Below are positions 1 to 9,231 of a DNA stretch of 20,000 bases, piece after piece. Position numbers and translations under genes: made by a program. Source of the stretch: an uncultured virus (IMG/VR IMGVR_UViG_3300002835_015924) (taxonomy: Duplodnaviria > Heunggongvirae > Uroviricota > Caudoviricetes); IMG/VR virus record IMGVR_UViG_3300002835_015924, one strand, 5' to 3'. Below the pieces are notes generated by a model. It ran no database searches. It worked only from the letters and a program-made list of their open reading frames with translations, and was not told the DNA's origin. The first letter of the stretch is position 1, and each line of letters begins with the position of its first letter.

Positions 1-309
1 ATATTTATTGTTTAAATTCATTACAGGAGAATGATATTGTCCAAGCCCAGATGGCCTGGGAAACTGAGATCTTAGTGAACAATTTTGATATTTAATAATT
101 TTGAATTCAGTAAATGGCAATAAAAATGGTGCGCCTTTATAAAGTTTGTGATCAACGTTGCCAGTCCAAGGATTATGACTCCATGCACTTACAGTTCTTT
201 TTGATGTTTCAAGTAAATCAATATCATCTTGAGAAAATACTTTCCAATCTTTTGAATAATATTTTTCCTCCAAGGACAAGATTTTATGTTTAAGTATTAC
301 TGGATTCAT
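1..309 (-). CDS. Partial hypothetical protein (runs off window start; MNPVILKHKILSLEEKYYSKDWKVF...), probably part of the glycan cluster
   Basis: Manually translated: ATG at 309-307 overlaps the TGA of the upstream gene (ATGA coupling), open for 103 codons to base 1. No recognisable motif in the visible part. Confidence 0.75.
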   Translation of the reverse strand, partial: MNPVILKHKILSLEEKYYSKDWKVFSQDDIDLLETSKRTVSAWSHNPWTGNVDHKLYKGAPFLLPFTEFKIIKYQNCSLRSQFPRPSGLGQYHSPVMNLNNKY

Positions 310-1247
310 GATTTTTTATTTAAAATTAATGATTTGATTTCATGATGCGAAAGTTTATCGCAGCTTTGTGTGTTGTATTCTGATTCTAAATGATTCTCTA
401 ATGTATTCTTTTCATTAAGATGCAAAAGCAGAAAAACATTTTTGTAAACTTCAGTATATTCATATTCAGAATTCGAAATTAAATTTTCATACATTCTTTC
501 TCCAGGCCTAACAGGCATACTTTCATAATCACAATTATAAATTTCGCAAAAAACATTCAGCAATTCTTCAATTGTGCATGATTTCATTTTGCAGCTCAAA
601 ATTTTGCCTTCTACTTCCTCAATATTATCTAGGGCAGTTTTGATCAGATTTACTGCCTCATCCACAGAAAAGAAAAATCTTGTCATGTCTTTATTGGTAA
701 TAGTTGGCTTTTTGCCATTTTTGACCAAATCTTCCCAAATCGGAAACACTGAACCAGATGACCAAGTGACATTACCATATCTGACGCAACAGATTTTAGT
801 TGTTTCACAAGAAGATAAAGTGTAAAGTTTTTCCATCGTTGCTTTTGTTAAACCGTAAAGATTTTTGATTGGTGGAGACGCTTTGTCTGTAGAAATGCCT
901 ATTAATTTTTCCACAGAATATTTAAGACACAAATCTAATACATTTTTGGAGCCAATTAAGTTGTTTGTAAAACATTCAGAAGGAAATTTTTCAGCCCAAT
1001 CAACAAATTTAGTGGCAGCAGCATGAATAACATAATTAGGTTTGTGTGTCATAAACACTTTCTCTAATTCATTTATGTTGCTGACATCACAAGGATAAAG
1101 CTCCACTTGTGAATTTTTAAGTTTTACATTGAATAAATTTTTATTATTTCTGGATACACCTACAACTTTGTAACCAAGTTTTACATAATGATCACACAAA
1201 CTCTGTCCCAAAAATCCACTTGCTCCAGTGATTAAAATTGTTTTCAT
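306..1247 (-). CDS. UDP-GlcNAc 4,6-dehydratase-like SDR (PseB/FnlA/CapD 'polysaccharide biosynthesis protein' family)
   Basis: GASGFLG Rossmann motif, HAAATKFV, ISTDKA, YGLTK (YxxxK), VRYGNV, MTRFF and RPGE motifs typical of this family. Confidence 0.88.
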   Translation of the reverse strand: MKTILITGASGFLGQSLCDHYVKLGYKVVGVSRNNKNLFNVKLKNSQVELYPCDVSNINELEKVFMTHKPNYVIHAAATKFVDWAEKFPSECFTNNLIGSKNVLDLCLKYSVEKLIGISTDKASPPIKNLYGLTKATMEKLYTLSSCETTKICCVRYGNVTWSSGSVFPIWEDLVKNGKKPTITNKDMTRFFFSVDEAVNLIKTALDNIEEVEGKILSCKMKSCTIEELLNVFCEIYNCDYESMPVRPGERMYENLISNSEYEYTEVYKNVFLLLHLNEKNTLENHLESEYNTQSCDKLSHHEIKSLILNKKS

Positions 1248-1297
1248 TTAATTCTTATACACATTTCTGTTACAAAATACAAATGTATAATTAAGTT
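1248..1297. promoter_or_regulatory. Bidirectional pair of leaderless-type -10 boxes (GTATAAT-N6-ATG on +, GTATAAG-N6-ATG on -)
   Basis: Read directly; same architecture at 3082-3118, 5874-5921 and 9888-9921. Confidence 0.75.
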
Positions 1298-2146
1298 ATG
1301 GATAAAATAAATCTAATAATTACTTGTTATGATGGAGCGCGAAGACAAAAGTATAATAACTCAATTTCAAATCTCAAATTGCAAAATTACACATTAAATA
1401 ATTTCAAGCATTCAATTTCGCAAGTAACTCTTGTTTGCACCACAGATTCAAATTATAGCAATACATTTAAATCGGAAATATCTGAATTTGAAAAATCATC
1501 AAAATTTAAAACGGAAATTCTTTTTAGAGAAAATGTTGGTGCAAGTTATGGCTCATTTAATCATGCTTATCTAAGATATAGAACAGATTTTGATCAATAT
1601 ATTTTCCTGGAAGACGATTATGTTTTTAGTTGTGATTATTTTGATGAGATAATGATGAGTAAAATGTATCTTTCTGAAAACTGCGGTTTTGTGTGTTCGT
1701 TAGCAGATAAAACAAACAATCCTCATGCAGCTATTTCTGTTGGAATGATTAACACAAAGGCATTAGAAAAAATTATTAATGACAAAGGTCAACTTTCTTT
1801 TGCTGGTGATAACGTTTACAGGGGAGAGTCAGGACATGAATATGCTGGACAATATTTATTTTCTAAAGACATAATTGATTCTGGTTTCAATATTGTTGAT
1901 TGCACTCCTGATTACGATTCTTGGTTTTTTGGTTGCCAGGACAACAATGACACAGTGATGTGTTTTTCTGAAACCATTAAAAACAAACATTTTGTTGTCC
2001 CAGTTCAAATTTTTAAAGACCTCAACAGTGGTAAGCAACTACCTGTCACAAAAAACGAATTTTTGTCGCGACACTACAATTATTCAGTATATTCTTGCGG
2101 AATACAGGGTTTGTCTTATTTGCAAAGTTATCTTGAAGAAAATTAA
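1298..2146 (+). CDS. Putative GT-A fold glycosyltransferase
   Basis: RENVGASYGSFNHAY followed by YIFLEDDY (DxD-like); sugar-cluster context; promoter box 6 nt upstream of ATG. Confidence 0.6.
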   Translation: MDKINLIITCYDGARRQKYNNSISNLKLQNYTLNNFKHSISQVTLVCTTDSNYSNTFKSEISEFEKSSKFKTEILFRENVGASYGSFNHAYLRYRTDFDQYIFLEDDYVFSCDYFDEIMMSKMYLSENCGFVCSLADKTNNPHAAISVGMINTKALEKIINDKGQLSFAGDNVYRGESGHEYAGQYLFSKDIIDSGFNIVDCTPDYDSWFFGCQDNNDTVMCFSETIKNKHFVVPVQIFKDLNSGKQLPVTKNEFLSRHYNYSVYSCGIQGLSYLQSYLEEN

Positions 2147-3081
2147 ATTCGGTTTATAAATTCTAAAACTTTTATCTCATTTGATAAATCAGTGGGAATG
2201 TTTTCAGAAATTTTATTTAAGAACAATAAAGTGTCTTCAATCCAAAAATTTCCATTAAGCTCTTGTTGAGAAGTTTCTGGAATTTTTCCTGGCCCAGTAT
2301 CAGAATGAGTGATGAAAGTAAAGTCTCCGTTTCTTGCATTCACATTTTTGATTTCATATTTACAATCTTTCAAGTTCAAAGCAAAACTGAAATTCTTTTT
2401 CCAATCAGAACAAGATGCAAATAAACTTGCTACCGCATTAGTCTCGTTGTTTTTTAAAATTGCCATTGCCACGTCTTCTCCAGCACTTTTCCAATAAGAG
2501 TTAGCCTTTGACCCACTAACTAATTCAAGATTTGGATCACAAAGCAAAGACATGTGAATTATGTGTGTGAGTAAATCATAACTTACGCCACCTCCCTGTG
2601 AATTTTCTCTCATCCTCCACTCTTTATCGTATCCATCTCTTGCGCCATGACAATAGTTTCCTAAAATTGAATGAGGCTTGTCTTTCAAATAATTTCTACT
2701 TTTTAAAATATTTCCTATTGTATATCCAACGTGACAAACAAGATTTTTTTTCTGAGCTGTTTCATTTAATTTTTGTAACTCTTCTACTGTTACGGCCCCA
2801 GGTTTTTCGACCATTACATGTTTTCCGGCTTCTAAGGCTTTTATTGAATAATCGTAAAGAAACTGATGAGGTGTGCATACAAAAACTGCGTCAACCATAG
2901 TCATCATTGTATCAAAATCCACTGATACAGCATCAAATGTTTCGCAAAATTTTCTTTCTATTTTGTCGTAGCCATCCAAGCAACAAACTACCTGGTCTTT
3001 TTCAAAAGCTTTTGCTCTTTCAAATGTTGCTAAACCGCAACCAATAAAACCGCATTTTAGATTTCTTATTTCTACACTCAT
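2143..3081 (-). CDS. Gfo/Idh/MocA family NAD(P)-dependent sugar oxidoreductase (start revised to MSVEI at 3081)
   Basis: GFIGCG, VFVCTPH, HVMVEKP, GGGVSYDLLTH motifs; GTATAAA-N6-ATG box supports 3081 rather than 3096. Confidence 0.88.
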   Translation of the reverse strand: MSVEIRNLKCGFIGCGLATFERAKAFEKDQVVCCLDGYDKIERKFCETFDAVSVDFDTMMTMVDAVFVCTPHQFLYDYSIKALEAGKHVMVEKPGAVTVEELQKLNETAQKKNLVCHVGYTIGNILKSRNYLKDKPHSILGNYCHGARDGYDKEWRMRENSQGGGVSYDLLTHIIHMSLLCDPNLELVSGSKANSYWKSAGEDVAMAILKNNETNAVASLFASCSDWKKNFSFALNLKDCKYEIKNVNARNGDFTFITHSDTGPGKIPETSQQELNGNFWIEDTLLFLNKISENIPTDLSNEIKVLEFINRI

Positions 3082-3118
3082 AAATATTTTATACATTGAC
3101 TAGCTGTATAATAACCAT
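3082..3118. promoter_or_regulatory. Bidirectional pair of -10 boxes (GTATAAT-N6-ATG +; GTATAAA-N6-ATG -)
   Basis: G at 3106 (+) and 3094 (-), each 13 nt before the ATG. Confidence 0.75.
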
Positions 3119-4096
3119 ATGTCTAATGAATTAAATGAAGGAATATTTTCGTCATCTGCACCTTTGAGAATTCCTATTGCTGGCGGCGGCACAGATCTTC
3201 CAGAATATTACACTAGACATGGTGGTTTTTGGCTATCACTTGCAATTAACAAATCTGTCAATGTTTACTTGTTAAAAAATATATTAGGAAAATATTTCAT
3301 TCATTACAAGAATAATGAAATTTGCGATAATGTTGATGAAATCAAACACCCAATTGTTAAAAATCTTTTAAAGAAATTCGATATTAATCAATCTTTAACA
3401 ATTCATTCTATTTCGGAGTTGCCAGGAAATTCTGGTTTAGGTAGTTCTTCAGCTTTCTCTTTATGCATGATCAAAGCTTTATCTAAAATTAGCAATGAAT
3501 ATATTGAAAACATTCCTGATTATGTTTATGATTTTGAAAGAAATATCTTGAACGAGTTTGTTGGTAAACAAGATTCTTGGGCGGCTTATTGTGGGGGACT
3601 TAAGGCTTTTTCATGTGATTCAAACGGAAAAATGTCTGTATCAAATATTTGCACTAGTTCTGAAGTATCTGTTTTGTGTGAGCACCTACTATTGGTACAA
3701 GCAGGCAAACAAAGATTCGCAAATGAAATTTTAAAATCTCAAGCAAACAAATTGACCACTGATAAAGCTTTTGAAGATAAATATCACAAAACTAAAGAAA
3801 TGGCTTACGAAGTTATGGATTTATTAAAAAACATGGATATTTATAACTACGGAAAACTTGTTGATCGTCATTGGCAAAATAAATTAGCAGCTTTCAGTAA
3901 TCAGTTTGATAGTGCAGTTTTTGAAGTTTATAATGAACTTATGTCAAAAGGAGCTATAGGAGCTAAACTGTGCGGTGCTGGAAATTCAGGATTTATGCTT
4001 GCTGTATTTCCTTCACGAAACCAATTAAATGATTTTGTGAAGGAAACCAAATGTCTGTATATCAAAGTGAAACCTGATTTTATAGGACTAAAATAA
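3119..4096 (+). CDS. hddA: GHMP-family sugar-phosphate kinase, D-glycero-alpha-D-manno-heptose-7-phosphate kinase-like
   Basis: SAPLRIPIAGGGTDLPEYY, PGNSGLGSSSAF, GKQD, GAKLCGAGNSGF motifs. Confidence 0.88.
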   Translation: MSNELNEGIFSSSAPLRIPIAGGGTDLPEYYTRHGGFWLSLAINKSVNVYLLKNILGKYFIHYKNNEICDNVDEIKHPIVKNLLKKFDINQSLTIHSISELPGNSGLGSSSAFSLCMIKALSKISNEYIENIPDYVYDFERNILNEFVGKQDSWAAYCGGLKAFSCDSNGKMSVSNICTSSEVSVLCEHLLLVQAGKQRFANEILKSQANKLTTDKAFEDKYHKTKEMAYEVMDLLKNMDIYNYGKLVDRHWQNKLAAFSNQFDSAVFEVYNELMSKGAIGAKLCGAGNSGFMLAVFPSRNQLNDFVKETKCLYIKVKPDFIGLK

Positions 4097-4125
4097 CGGC
4101 AATTTTATGCAGTTTTTTTAAAACA

Positions 4126-4890
4126 TCATAGCTTATCTTTGTATCTCTCAGGAATGACAGATATTCCCTGTATTAATGCCGCATCATACCATTCAGACCT
4201 CAATTTTTCATCTTTTTTGAATTGGTGAAATCCTGGTTGACCTGGGTTTGGCCCAAAATTAGGATGCAGATTTTTAGCGTCCACAAAGTTTGCTCGTCTT
4301 GCATTATCAATTCTGAAATCAAACAGTTTTAAATGAAAGTTCATCAAATCTTCATCTCTTGCAACTACTGGTTCACTCGAGTGAAATCCCAACCCATAAC
4401 TTTTTACTGGTTTTCTTATGATTACCAACTTGTCTTCTGCATCATCTTTATAAAAATAGTGTCTTTGGGAAAGAATTTTAAGATGATGGTTGTAAGGCTC
4501 TTCATCTTCAATGATATTAATAACGGTATAACCATTCACTTTGATATAGTCTTGTTGATTTAACTCAATGTAATGCTTTAAGTCTTTATACTTATCTGGG
4601 TCTGGAATAAAGTATTGATCAGCTTCTGCAAAAATTACTACATCGTAATCTTTCAGTAGATTTTGTTGTGATTCCATAACTACTTGAATATGACTGGCAA
4701 CATCAGCATGATATTGTGGATTATACTCAATAAGATTTACTTTTTCATCAAACATTCGTATGAATGGATCTTTGTCAGGCTCCACTATGGCAAACAAATT
4801 TTCATATCCAAAAAGCTGTCCATAATAATTTTGCCAAATATTAGTGAAAAAGAATTCTTTATAAAAAATTCCCAATACCGCTATTTTCAT
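4126..4890 (-). CDS. Putative family-2-like glycosyltransferase (Glyco_tranf_2_4-like)
   Basis: YYGQLFGYENLF...YDVVIFAEADQYFIPDP...GFH...FHLK pattern; coupled to upstream epimerase via TAATG overlap at 4890. Confidence 0.6.
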   Translation of the reverse strand: MKIAVLGIFYKEFFFTNIWQNYYGQLFGYENLFAIVEPDKDPFIRMFDEKVNLIEYNPQYHADVASHIQVVMESQQNLLKDYDVVIFAEADQYFIPDPDKYKDLKHYIELNQQDYIKVNGYTVINIIEDEEPYNHHLKILSQRHYFYKDDAEDKLVIIRKPVKSYGLGFHSSEPVVARDEDLMNFHLKLFDFRIDNARRANFVDAKNLHPNFGPNPGQPGFHQFKKDEKLRSEWYDAALIQGISVIPERYKDKL

Positions 4891-5873
4891 TATTTATCAT
4901 TCCTTGTAAAAACCCATTGATTGTTAAGAATCCAATCCACAGTATCAAAAACACTTTGCCTAAGATCATACTTAGGATTCCAGCCTGTGGAAATTAATTT
5001 GTCTACACAGGGCATTACTACAGGATTGTCCCCAACCCAGCCAGTGGCTTCTTTCCCGTATTCAATTTCACCCTTATAATTGGTTCTTTCTAAAATAGCA
5101 TTTACAGAATACTTTAGCTTCATAGCATTTGGGTGTCCAACATTAAATGCCTCAAATTGTGTTTTTGAATCATAGTTAATTAAATGAATGATTGCATCTA
5201 CCGCATCTTGAATGTGTAAATAAGATTTTAGCTGTCCTCCTGAACCAAGAATATTAAGTTTTTTGTCGCCATTCAAAATATTCTTAACAAAATCGTATAC
5301 GTGTCCATGAGAATATCTTGCACCCAGCATGCTAACAAAACGCATTGAATAAACTTGCAAGTCAAAAGTATTTGCAAATCCCTCTAGAATTTTTTCGCTT
5401 GCGATTTTTGTGGCAGCATATACTGAAGTTTGATCGCATATTTCATCTTCTTTGGATGGATACAAATTGGGGTCTCCATAAACTGAACAAGTGGATGCAA
5501 AAAGAAACTTTTTAGTTCCAGCTTTGATAGCTGCCTCTATTAAGTAATTTGTAACATTAATGTTTTTTTCTAAGCACTCTGAGTAGTTATTTTTGTTATT
5601 GCTGATGTCAGCTAAGGCAGCTAAATGAACAATACAATCAACGTTTTCTAACACTGAACTTGAAAAAGAACTATCAATTGTTTTCTTGTTGAAAGAAAAT
5701 CTTTCATTGCCTTTATATGGCAGCAAATGCTCCACAAATCCGGTGGATAAATTATCGTAAGCAATAATTTTGTAGTCCGTAGTGTTGAGAATTTTTTCTA
5801 CTAGATTTGTTCCAACAAATCCAGCAGCACCTGTAATTAAAATTGTTTTTGAGGATTGAGTGTTTTGGCTCAT
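4890..5873 (-). CDS. NAD-dependent nucleotide-sugar epimerase/dehydratase (extended SDR; start revised to MSQNTQ at 5873)
   Basis: GAAGFVG, HLAALAD, ASTCSVYG, YAATK, GWVGDNP; revised start removes overlap with divergent gene and has a GTACAAA box upstream. Confidence 0.9.
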   Translation of the reverse strand: MSQNTQSSKTILITGAAGFVGTNLVEKILNTTDYKIIAYDNLSTGFVEHLLPYKGNERFSFNKKTIDSSFSSSVLENVDCIVHLAALADISNNKNNYSECLEKNINVTNYLIEAAIKAGTKKFLFASTCSVYGDPNLYPSKEDEICDQTSVYAATKIASEKILEGFANTFDLQVYSMRFVSMLGARYSHGHVYDFVKNILNGDKKLNILGSGGQLKSYLHIQDAVDAIIHLINYDSKTQFEAFNVGHPNAMKLKYSVNAILERTNYKGEIEYGKEATGWVGDNPVVMPCVDKLISTGWNPKYDLRQSVFDTVDWILNNQWVFTRNDK

Positions 5874-5921
5874 ATTATTTTTTGTACACAGATTTACCTT
5901 ATTTAAACGTATAAAAAAAGT
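5874..5921. promoter_or_regulatory. Bidirectional pair of -10 boxes (GTATAAA-N6-ATG +; GTACAAA-N7-ATG -)
   Basis: G at 5909 (+) and 5887 (-). Confidence 0.7.
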
Positions 5922-6845
5922 ATGAGTAAAATCGCTGTATTTGGTGGCCTTGGGTTTATTGGACAAAATTTATGTAAAGATCTTCTACAGGATAATGAAG
6001 TAATTATCTTTGACAATCATTCTAATCCCTCTCGTTTATCTGGCGAATTGGACTACTATGTTTCTGATGCTAGAATCAAAAGAGAAGTGGATGATTTTTT
6101 TGAACAACACCAATTTGATGCAGTCATTAATCTAGTTGCAAATGCTGACATTCAAGTGTCCACCACTGACCGATTCATTGACTTTGAATTATCCCCAATA
6201 ACTAATTTGAACATTTTAGCCGCTTGCGAAAAGAATAATGTTCCTAAATATGTTTATTTCTCAGGCTCTGGTGTTTATGGCCCCTCAGAAGACTTGACAC
6301 CCAAATATGAAAGTGACGCATCATTAAATTGCCCATCTATGTACGCTTGTTCAAAAATTTCTTGTGAATCGTTTGCCACTGCATTTGCAAATACTTCCGA
6401 TATGTCAGTAGCTATTTTACGACCTGCAAACATTATTGGGCCAGGTTTGACTCATGGCTTGATTTATGATGTTTTGCTGAGAATCAAAAATAACAGAGAA
6501 CAAATACACATTTTAGGAAATGGCACTCAACAAAAATCTTATATTCACACTGACGATATTATTTCTGGTGTTAGATTTATGTTGGATACAAACGAAAAAG
6601 TTTCCATTTTCAACATAGCATCTGATGACACTATTACTGTTAAAGAAATTGTTGATGAAATTATCGAGCAAACAGGTTTTGGTACAAAAGTAAATTATGG
6701 AGAAAAAAATATAGGATGGGTTGGCGATGTTCCAAAAATTCAATTAAATTGTGATAAATTAAAGTCCATTGGGTGGAGTCCTAAATATAATTCCAAGCAA
6801 GCTGTTTACGAATCCGTAAAGGCTAATCTTGATTTATTGTTTTAG
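5922..6845 (+). CDS. NAD-dependent nucleotide-sugar epimerase/dehydratase (paralog of the divergent neighbour)
   Basis: GGLGFIG, SGSGVYG, YACSK, GNGTQQKSYIH, GWVGDVP. Confidence 0.9.
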   Translation: MSKIAVFGGLGFIGQNLCKDLLQDNEVIIFDNHSNPSRLSGELDYYVSDARIKREVDDFFEQHQFDAVINLVANADIQVSTTDRFIDFELSPITNLNILAACEKNNVPKYVYFSGSGVYGPSEDLTPKYESDASLNCPSMYACSKISCESFATAFANTSDMSVAILRPANIIGPGLTHGLIYDVLLRIKNNREQIHILGNGTQQKSYIHTDDIISGVRFMLDTNEKVSIFNIASDDTITVKEIVDEIIEQTGFGTKVNYGEKNIGWVGDVPKIQLNCDKLKSIGWSPKYNSKQAVYESVKANLDLLF

Positions 6846-6856
6846 AACTCCCTAAT

Positions 6857-7405
6857 TTATAGCGCGTTCACTAAATAGTGCCAAAAAACTGCTTGTAAAC
6901 TTTCGGCCACTGGTGTAATCATAGCTGAATCAGAAGGACAAAAATGAATGCATGCGTGTGCTTTCTGTTTTGTGTAACCTCCATCTCTAGAAACTATACC
7001 TAAAATATAGGCTTCTTTTTTAATTGCGTAATCAATTGCTTTGACAATATTTCTGGAGGTGGTTTCTGATCCTCCTCCAACACTAAACACAATGATCGCA
7101 TCTTTCTCTTCCAAATTGCTTGTCATCAAGCTTGATTCAAAACAATCTTCAAAACTTACATCATTGATATATGCTGTAAGCTCTGAAACATTATCTACTG
7201 GGGTCAATGCATCAATTCCTCCAATTTTCCTAAAGTCATTTACTGCATGGGAGCAATTAGCGGCTGAACCACCTACTCCCAAGAAAAAAATTCTACCCTT
7301 TCGCTCTTTCACTAGTTTAATGATGCTCACAAATTCTTGCAAAGTTTCTTCACTCACTTGCGAAATGCATTCTTCTACTGCTTTTATGTATTCTTTATAA
7401 ATCAT
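6857..7405 (-). CDS. gmhA: SIS-domain phosphoheptose isomerase-like protein
   Basis: GVGGSAANCSHAVNDF, SELTAYIND, FSVGGG, AESLQAVFWH motifs. Confidence 0.85.
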   Translation of the reverse strand: MIYKEYIKAVEECISQVSEETLQEFVSIIKLVKERKGRIFFLGVGGSAANCSHAVNDFRKIGGIDALTPVDNVSELTAYINDVSFEDCFESSLMTSNLEEKDAIIVFSVGGGSETTSRNIVKAIDYAIKKEAYILGIVSRDGGYTKQKAHACIHFCPSDSAMITPVAESLQAVFWHYLVNAL

Positions 7406-8094
7406 AATGTTAGCCCCGCTTTTTTAGCATCATTCAAGAATTGCTCGGATGACAATTTTGCTATGTCATATCCAGTGTAATCAAACCAATTAAATTTAGC
7501 AATATATGATGTGGGCACTGTAATTATATCACAACCGCAATCTGCAGCTTGTTTGATATTATAAAGCTCTCTCATCGAAGCCCATAGCACTTGTGACTTT
7601 GGAAAGAATTTTTTCACTTTTTGACAAACCACCATAGCATCATTTAGTGTATCCAGAATTCTTCCAGCAAAAACTGAAATAATAAGATTTTCGGAATCAA
7701 CTAGACGTGTAAGCTGTAAATGTTCACCCACACATGTGAGATTAATTTTTACATTTTCGGAAATAAGTTTGTTAACTAATGCAATATTGCTACTACCATC
7801 AGGGTTCAAGACAGGAATTTTTACATAAACATTTTCTCCCATACTAGAAAGTAATGTGGCTTGTCGATGCATCTCTTCTTGGTCATCACTTACTACCTCA
7901 AAAGATAGTGGCGCAGTGGGAATTAGTTTCAAGATTTCTTGGATTGTTTCAATGTAGGATTTATCTCCAATTTCTTTAGCAATCAAGCTAGGATTAGTGG
8001 TGAAACCACAAAATCTTTCGTCGTTGGCGAATTTTCGAAGTTCATCAAGGTTTCCAGTATCACAGTAAAGCTTGATTTCAGGCAATTTGCTCAT
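7402..8094 (-). CDS. tal: Transaldolase (short TalC/FSA family; sugar-cluster subtype)
   Basis: DTG, GFTTNPSL, SFEV, YVKIP (Schiff-base Lys), SVFAGRILD, LWASMRE, DIITVP. Confidence 0.9.
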   Translation of the reverse strand: MSKLPEIKLYCDTGNLDELRKFANDERFCGFTTNPSLIAKEIGDKSYIETIQEILKLIPTAPLSFEVVSDDQEEMHRQATLLSSMGENVYVKIPVLNPDGSSNIALVNKLISENVKINLTCVGEHLQLTRLVDSENLIISVFAGRILDTLNDAMVVCQKVKKFFPKSQVLWASMRELYNIKQAADCGCDIITVPTSYIAKFNWFDYTGYDIAKLSSEQFLNDAKKAGLTL

Positions 8095-8097
8095 GTA

Positions 8098-9231
8098 TTA
8101 ATTATACATTTTTGTGAACTTCAAACCAAAGTTTTTTGCACATTCCTCATCGCATTCAGAATCTCCATAGAAAATTGAATTTTTTGAGATTTGAATTTTT
8201 TTACTTGCTTTTGACAGCATTCCTATAGCCGGTTTTCTACATTCACAATCATATCTTAACGGATCAAAAACATCGTCTTTCTTCTCAACATCCCTGTGTA
8301 TGCAACTCATAGAAAAAATAACATTTTTGTGATTATCTATCAAAAATTGCCTTGCATTATGAGTCATTCTATTAATATCTGATAATTTTGCAGTGTATCT
8401 TGTTTTATCAGGTTGATTTGTCACAATTACACAATTGGAGTTGTCTAACATAGGCAGCAAAGCGTGTATTGGTTCAAATTTCATGTGTTTGTAAATATCT
8501 GGATCCCATTTGTTTATTGTCCCATCACGATCTAAAAAATTATAAGTGTTGGTCTGCTTAAAGCGCTTAAATGTTTCATTCACTTTTTCATAATCTTCCA
8601 GTGTATTTATTTGATAATAATTTGCATTTGCAAAATGCACTTTGTAAAACAAACAACTTTTGAAATAATCTGAAAAATTAACTGGCTCTTTAAAAAGAAT
8701 TTTTTTGAAAGCATCTTTAGTAAAAATAGATATTCCGTGCTCAACAAAATTGCAATTTTTTGTCCCAATAATGAAATTAGAGGATTTAATTGATGGGTGT
8801 TGTTCTAATTGAATTTCAAAATTTGAATGAGGTGATTTGTAATTCGAAACTGACATCATACAGTTTTGTTTAGATTCAATAAAATGCCAATACATGAACT
8901 CTAAATCACAAAAAGCCACGGAGTCTCCATAAGTCACAAAAAAACTGTCATCGAGATGTGGCTTTGCACATTTTAAAGCTTCCCATGTTCCACAAGATTC
9001 ATATGGATCTAATGTGTAAGAAAAATTAATCTCTAAACTTTTCAAGTGCTCAATTACTTCTTGTGCATAAAACCCAAGACAGAAATGAAATTTTTCAATA
9101 CCTTGATTCTTGAATTCTCTCACAATGTAGTTGATAATTGGTTCTTCAGCAACTTTGACTAAACATTTTGCTAAATCTACTTTGAGACGTGTGCCTTTAC
9201 CTCCAGCAAATATAACCGCTTGATTTATCAT
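8098..9231 (-). CDS. Fusion of sugar-1-phosphate nucleotidyltransferase (HddC-like) and HAD heptose-bisphosphate phosphatase (GmhB-like)
   Basis: N-terminal AVIFAGGKGTRL...KCLVKV and VTYGDS; C-terminal FLDRDGTIN, VTNQP, CIH...CECRKPAIGML, GDSECD. Confidence 0.87.
   Translation of the reverse strand: MINQAVIFAGGKGTRLKVDLAKCLVKVAEEPIINYIVREFKNQGIEKFHFCLGFYAQEVIEHLKSLEINFSYTLDPYESCGTWEALKCAKPHLDDSFFVTYGDSVAFCDLEFMYWHFIESKQNCMMSVSNYKSPHSNFEIQLEQHPSIKSSNFIIGTKNCNFVEHGISIFTKDAFKKILFKEPVNFSDYFKSCLFYKVHFANANYYQINTLEDYEKVNETFKRFKQTNTYNFLDRDGTINKWDPDIYKHMKFEPIHALLPMLDNSNCVIVTNQPDKTRYTAKLSDINRMTHNARQFLIDNHKNVIFSMSCIHRDVEKKDDVFDPLRYDCECRKPAIGMLSKASKKIQISKNSIFYGDSECDEECAKNFGLKFTKMYN

Noticed and set aside
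5874..5966. Apparent head-to-head coding overlap of the two epimerases (also 9886-9914 for rmlB and its neighbour)
   Set aside because: Artefact of longest-ORF calling; motif-supported starts (5873, 9887, 9922) remove the overlaps
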